Source of the DNA: an uncultured Bacilli bacterium
GTDB lineage: Bacteria; Bacillota_I; Bacilli_A; RF39; UBA660
Reading direction: 5' to 3'
Assembly: GCA_944332295.1 (NCBI GenBank)
Contig: CALVJR010000002.1
Location: 72,589 to 136,588, forward strand
Length of the DNA stretch: 64,000 nucleotides
Both the position numbers and the translations under genes were made by a program. This document shows positions 62,175 through 64,000 of the stretch, piece by piece (the stretch's first letter is position 1; every line of letters starts with the position of its first letter). The notes beneath the pieces are model-generated. The model saw only the letters and a program-made list of their open reading frames with translations. It was not told where the DNA came from and searched no databases.

Positions 62175-64000
62175 ATGAATATTGAAGATTATGCTTTAGA
62201 TGTAGGAAAAACAGTGGATGAAATTAAAGCTTTATGTGATAAGATTGGGATTGAATATAAAGATGAGAGCACTGTTTTAGATGAGACTGATATTATTTTG
62301 CTTGATAATGAAATTCAAGATCAAGAAGATTATGTTGAAGGTGATATTGAGGATTTAGAATCTAGACTTTATGAGGAAGAAGTTTATGATAAGGCAGAAG
62401 AGTTAGCGATGAATACTAAGATTGATTTAGATAATTCTACTTCTTTTGAGAAAGTAAAACCTAAGTCTCAAAAGAAAAATGATAATAAAAAGTCAGACTT
62501 TTTTAAAGAGAGAAAGAAAATTTATAAGCATCGCGAAAAATTACAGAAGAATGAAGCTGTTCAAGATGATAATGTTATTTTATATAAAGATGGCATGACT
62601 GTATCAGAACTTGCTGGTATTTTGGAAGTTGCAGCAGTAGAGTTAGTTAAAAAGCTTATGGGATTAGGTGTTATGGCTAATGTTAATCAGTCTGTTGATT
62701 TTGAGACTGCTGAAGTATTGGTTGCTGATTATAATAAAATATTAAAGAAAGAAGAAACTGCTGATATTTCTAATTTTGAAAATTTTGAGATTGACGATAA
62801 GGAAGAAGATTTAGTAGAACGTCCTCCTGTTGTTACTATCATGGGTCATGTTGATCATGGAAAAACTACATTACTTGATGCTATTCGTAAGAGTAATGTT
62901 GCAGTAGGAGAGGCTGGTGGAATTACACAAGCAATTGGAGCTTATTCTGTTTCTTGTAATGGCAAGAAGATTACTTTTATTGATACTCCAGGACATGCTG
63001 CTTTTACTGAGATGAGAGCACGTGGTGCTTCTATTACGGATATTGTTATTATTATTGTAGCAGCAGATGATGGTGTTATGCCACAAACAAAAGAGGCTAT
63101 TGATCATGCTAAAGCTGCGGGTGTACCGATTATTGTTGCGATTAATAAGATTGATAAACCTGAAGCTAATGTTGAACGTGTTATGACTGGTTTAGTTGAA
63201 AATGGTCTTACTCCAGAAGAATGGGGAGGAGATATTATCGTTAATAAGATTTCTGCTGCTACAGGAGAAGGAATTAATGAACTTTTAGAAAATATTTTAT
63301 TAGTTGCTGAGATGCAAGAATATAAAGCAAATCCATCTCGTTATGCTAGTGGTGTTGTTATTGAATCTAAGAAAAATAGTAAAGTTGGTTCTGTTGCAAC
63401 CTTACTTATTCAAAATGGTACGTTACGTTTAGGGGATCCTATTGTTGTTGGTACTATTTATGGAAAGGTTCGTACTTTAAAGAATGATTTAGGTCAAAAT
63501 ATTGTAGAAGCAACTCCATCTACACCAGTAGAAGTGACTGGTCTTAGTGATGTTCCTAATGCCGGAGATAAGTTTATGGCTTTTGAATCAGAGAAACAAG
63601 CTAAGCATATTGCTGATGAGCGAAGTTTAAGAGCGAGAGATGCAGATACTAATTTTAGTGGTATGTCTTTAGATGATTTATTTGGTCGTATTCAAGAAGG
63701 TGTTAAGGAAATTAACATTGTATTAAAAGCAGATGTTAATGGTAGTTTGGAAGCTGTTCGTGGTGCATTAGAAAAAATTGATGTAGAAGGCGTAAAAATT
63801 AATATTATTCGTGGTGCTGTTGGTGGTATTACAGAAAGTGATATTGTGTTAGCTCGTGCTAGTTCTGCAATTATTATTGGTTTTAATGTTCGTGCGAATA
63901 GTCAAGCTATGGATGATGCTAAACAGTATGGTGTAGAAATTAGAACTTATGATATTATTTATAAAGTAGTAGAAGACATGGAAGATGCTATGAAAGGTAT
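62175..64000 (+). CDS. infB: translation initiation factor IF-2 (5' part; runs off the window end)
   Basis: RBS GGAGGTGAAGG. N-terminal domain, then the G domain [23 protein letters not shown]...DTPGHAAF...NKIDK. No stop within the window. Confidence 0.85.
   Translation, partial: MNIEDYALDVGKTVDEIKALCDKIGIEYKDESTVLDETDIILLDNEIQDQEDYVEGDIEDLESRLYEEEVYDKAEELAMNTKIDLDNSTSFEKVKPKSQKKNDNKKSDFFKERKKIYKHREKLQKNEAVQDDNVILYKDGMTVSELAGILEVAAVELVKKLMGLGVMANVNQSVDFETAEVLVADYNKILKKEETADISNFENFEIDDKEEDLVERPPVVTIMGHVDHGKTTLLDAIRKSNVAVGEAGGITQAIGAYSVSCNGKKITFIDTPGHAAFTEMRARGASITDIVIIIVAADDGVMPQTKEAIDHAKAAGVPIIVAINKIDKPEANVERVMTGLVENGLTPEEWGGDIIVNKISAATGEGINELLENILLVAEMQEYKANPSRYASGVVIESKKNSKVGSVATLLIQNGTLRLGDPIVVGTIYGKVRTLKNDLGQNIVEATPSTPVEVTGLSDVPNAGDKFMAFESEKQAKHIADERSLRARDADTNFSGMSLDDLFGRIQEGVKEINIVLKADVNGSLEAVRGALEKIDVEGVKINIIRGAVGGITESDIVLARASSAIIIGFNVRANSQAMDDAKQYGVEIRTYDIIYKVVEDMEDAMKG

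Overview
This 64-kb window comes from a low-GC (roughly 28-30% GC by eye) Firmicute chromosome that makes endospores. Everything below was read from the sequence by eye; no searches or folding were run. Sporulation markers are dense: a spoVID-like LysM protein followed by a CotS/YsxE-like gene, a SigG/SigF-type sporulation sigma factor followed by ylmC/ymxH and a yunB-like gene, mreC-mreD followed by an M23 protein and an M50 SpoIVFB-like site-2 protease, and a YjcZ-like mini-peptide.

Core content by position:
- 0.03-14.7 kb: housekeeping and sporulation genes. These include a Fur-family (PerR-like) regulator with a perfect 7-1-7 operator palindrome ahead of rubrerythrin, a U32 peptidase, TrmL, TtcA, a sporulation sigma factor, YlmC, and a NifU-like protein.
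- 14.8-16.0 kb: a 12-tRNA array in two transcription units (Val-Thr-Tyr-Gln-Lys-Leu | terminator, promoter | Ser-fMet-Asp-Phe-Arg-Pro).
- 16.1-16.9 kb: directly behind the array, a solitary gene whose product looks like an MvaI/BcnI-family Type IIP restriction endonuclease. No methyltransferase is visible, and a 25-bp tandem repeat sits between it and the tRNA terminator.
- 17-21 kb: a DD-carboxypeptidase, two metallophosphoesterases, an FAD protein and a cyclophilin.
- 21.2-26.9 kb: a T-box leader, a 148-aa unknown ORF, then two tandem valyl-tRNA synthetase paralogues (a divergent 803-aa copy lacking the C-terminal coiled coil, then a canonical 847-aa copy).
- 27-45 kb: RadC, MreCD, the SpoIVFA/FB-like pair, tRNA-Ala, a CarD-like protein, YbaK, an ABC-F ATPase behind a 580-bp leader, an HgdC-type activase with two DUF2229-like partners, and a thioredoxin-like protein.
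- 45.3-58.8 kb, immediately after a tRNA-Cys/tRNA-Gly pair: an accessory island made of two tandem modules. Each module begins with a ~90-aa paralogous small protein, a hairpin, and a large serine recombinase.
  - Module 1 carries a TnpV-like protein, a ribbon-helix-helix protein and an ABC exporter (Tn4451-like layout).
  - Module 2 carries XRE regulators, two ASCH/PUA-like proteins plus a GNAT acetyltransferase, a 413-aa HExxH protein, a YqeK-like HD protein, and a repeat/palindrome-rich intergenic stretch.
- 58.9-64 kb: the core resumes with a putative transporter, a CPBP protease, rimP (N-domain only), nusA, ylxR and the 5' part of infB.

The most novel candidates are the paired small-protein/serine-recombinase modules with their cargo, the orphan restriction-endonuclease-like gene, and the T-box/tandem-ValRS locus. 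The recombinase module 2 cargo (the ASCH/GNAT module) is the part most likely to be an undescribed system.
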